Source of the DNA: a virus
Virus record (IMG/VR): IMGVR_UViG_3300021963_000029
Coordinates: 116,815 to 180,814 of that record
DNA length: 64,000 nucleotides
Direction: 5' to 3' (one strand)
Shown here piece by piece: positions 62,684 through 64,000 of this stretch. Every line of letters starts with the position of its first letter. The first letter of the stretch is position 1. The notes below the pieces were generated by a model, which did no database searches, was not told the DNA's origin, and worked only from the letters and a program-made list of their open reading frames with translations. Made by a program: the position numbers and the translations under genes.

Positions 62684-63055
62684 TTAAATTGCTTGCAATA
62701 TTTTTAAACATTCCTCATTAATAGGAATCTCATCAACAAAAGTTTTTGGATACTCTGGAACTCTGTTTAAAAATACCAAAAATGTTTTCATGGAAGGCCA
62801 AAGTTCTTTTTCTATTTTAAAGAACAATAAAGGAAGAGCAGCTTCATTAAAAATGTTAAACACGATAATAAAATGGTTAATCAGGAGACTTGTCTTTAAG
62901 TCTCCTGTCTTAACATATTTCCTTAATAGTTTTTTTATATATTTGAATCTGCTTAGGTCTTCAAAAAAATCCTCTTGCGTTACTGCTTGAGGATTGTCAT
63001 AATATTTTATGGCAAATAAAATATAATTATCTTCATTCAACTCATCAAACTTCAT
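62684..63055 (-). CDS. Conserved T4-like hypothetical protein
   Basis: FAIKYYDNP..EDLSRFKYIKKLLRKY..INHFIIVFNIF. Confidence 0.8.
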   Translation of the reverse strand: MKFDELNEDNYILFAIKYYDNPQAVTQEDFFEDLSRFKYIKKLLRKYVKTGDLKTSLLINHFIIVFNIFNEAALPLLFFKIEKELWPSMKTFLVFLNRVPEYPKTFVDEIPINEECLKILQAI

Positions 63056-63061
63056 AGATTA

Positions 63062-63949
63062 TCATGAATATGTTACTGTTACAGCAGCAGACTCAGCACT
63101 TACACCATCACCAGTGACAACAGCTCTGAAGCTGTATCCATTAGGTCTGGAAGATGTAATGTCTGTTGATGCGATCCCAAGAACAGGACCAGTAACATTG
63201 CTGAAGATAGAGTTGTTGGATAATGCAGTGTATCCAGCAGATACTGGGTATGCATACTGCCATTGAGTTGACAGACCAACATAAGGAGTTGCAAGAGCAA
63301 ATGCTGTTAGAGTTGTAGAAGCGGTGGTTGCAATTCCAACAACAGCAGTTGGTTGAGTTGTGAAATCAACAGTTCTATCTCCATAGTTGGTATCATCATT
63401 TGCATCACCAGTTGTACCATAAGTAGTACCTTGAACTGGAGGAAGATTAGTTGTAATACCAGACAATGCAACAAGAGTCTCAGACTTAACTCTTAAGTTA
63501 CCATGCATGTCAGTATAAGTATGAACTCCAACCCAACCAGCATGTGCTACTGCATACTTATATCCAGGGTCTCCATTTGAATAATCAGTATCTCTAACAG
63601 CAGCAGTCTCATAAATGTCAACACCAACAATTGTATTGCTTACACTGGTTGCCTGAAGATCATAGTTGCTATCTTGCATCAGGTACTTAGGTTGCTGTGA
63701 GCAAGTATATGCAACACCAGCAACAGCAACACCACTGAGGAATTGAGTTGAAGCAATTGAAACAGTGGTTGCATCAGTTACACTAGTAATAACTGCTTCA
63801 CCAATAGTATTACCAGCACCAACATAGATTACAGAGCCAACATATGCTGAAGAAAATGAAGTCCCAGAACCAGTTATTGTTTTAGTGGCATAAACGAGTG
63901 AGATAGTGCCAGGTGAATTAATACTATCTGCTGTTCCCCAAAGAGCCAT
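63062..63949 (-). CDS. Virion structural protein (Thr/Ser/Gly-rich)
   Basis: MALWG start, HAGWVG..RVKSETLVA; late promoter upstream. Confidence 0.75.
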   Translation of the reverse strand: MALWGTADSINSPGTISLVYATKTITGSGTSFSSAYVGSVIYVGAGNTIGEAVITSVTDATTVSIASTQFLSGVAVAGVAYTCSQQPKYLMQDSNYDLQATSVSNTIVGVDIYETAAVRDTDYSNGDPGYKYAVAHAGWVGVHTYTDMHGNLRVKSETLVALSGITTNLPPVQGTTYGTTGDANDDTNYGDRTVDFTTQPTAVVGIATTASTTLTAFALATPYVGLSTQWQYAYPVSAGYTALSNNSIFSNVTGPVLGIASTDITSSRPNGYSFRAVVTGDGVSAESAAVTVTYS

Positions 63950-63984
63950 GTGCCTTACCTTGAATAAAATTTCTTTTCTTATGT

Positions 63985-63992
63985 TATTTATA
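63985..63992 (-). promoter_or_regulatory. Perfect T4 late promoter
   Basis: TATAAATA. Confidence 0.8.
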
Positions 63993-64000
63993 AAAATGGG

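Overview
64-kb segment of a T4-like cyanomyovirus (Kyanoviridae-like; AT-rich, extremely CG-dinucleotide-poor). In order: tail/baseplate module (S74 chaperone fibre, gp5, CP12, hub, two large muralytic tape-measure-like proteins, gp51/gp26, gp54-like, gp4, gp2, gp48, gp53); replication/late-transcription block (gp32, gp59, gp33, exonuclease, PhoH, ThyX); a glutamine-riboswitch/DUF4278 unit; SpeD and glutaredoxin; a glycosyltransferase/2OG-oxygenase cluster; psbD and psbA; late exported proteins, thermonuclease, collagen-like fibre, autotransporter-like protein and lysis enzymes; peroxiredoxin, two hli and petF; a 12-kb GDP-fucose/glycosyltransferase cluster; structured RNAs, three tRNAs (Leu-UAA, Ile-UAU, Gly-UCC), a Phd-like antitoxin and many micro-ORFs; nrdB, nrdA and gp61 primase. 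Most notable: (1) an in-phase T-TTT-TTC slippery site at the end of gp26 with a start-less gp51 frame in -1, suggesting a lambda G/GT-type frameshift; (2) multi-kb stretches with no CG dinucleotide; (3) a glutamine riboswitch controlling an IF17-like two-peptide unit; (4) a single promoter-to-terminator cassette of orphan antitoxin + tRNA-Ile(UAU) + tandem structured RNAs, a candidate anti-defence unit; (5) large hydroxylation/glycosylation machinery of unknown target. All family assignments are from motif recognition by eye, not database searches.
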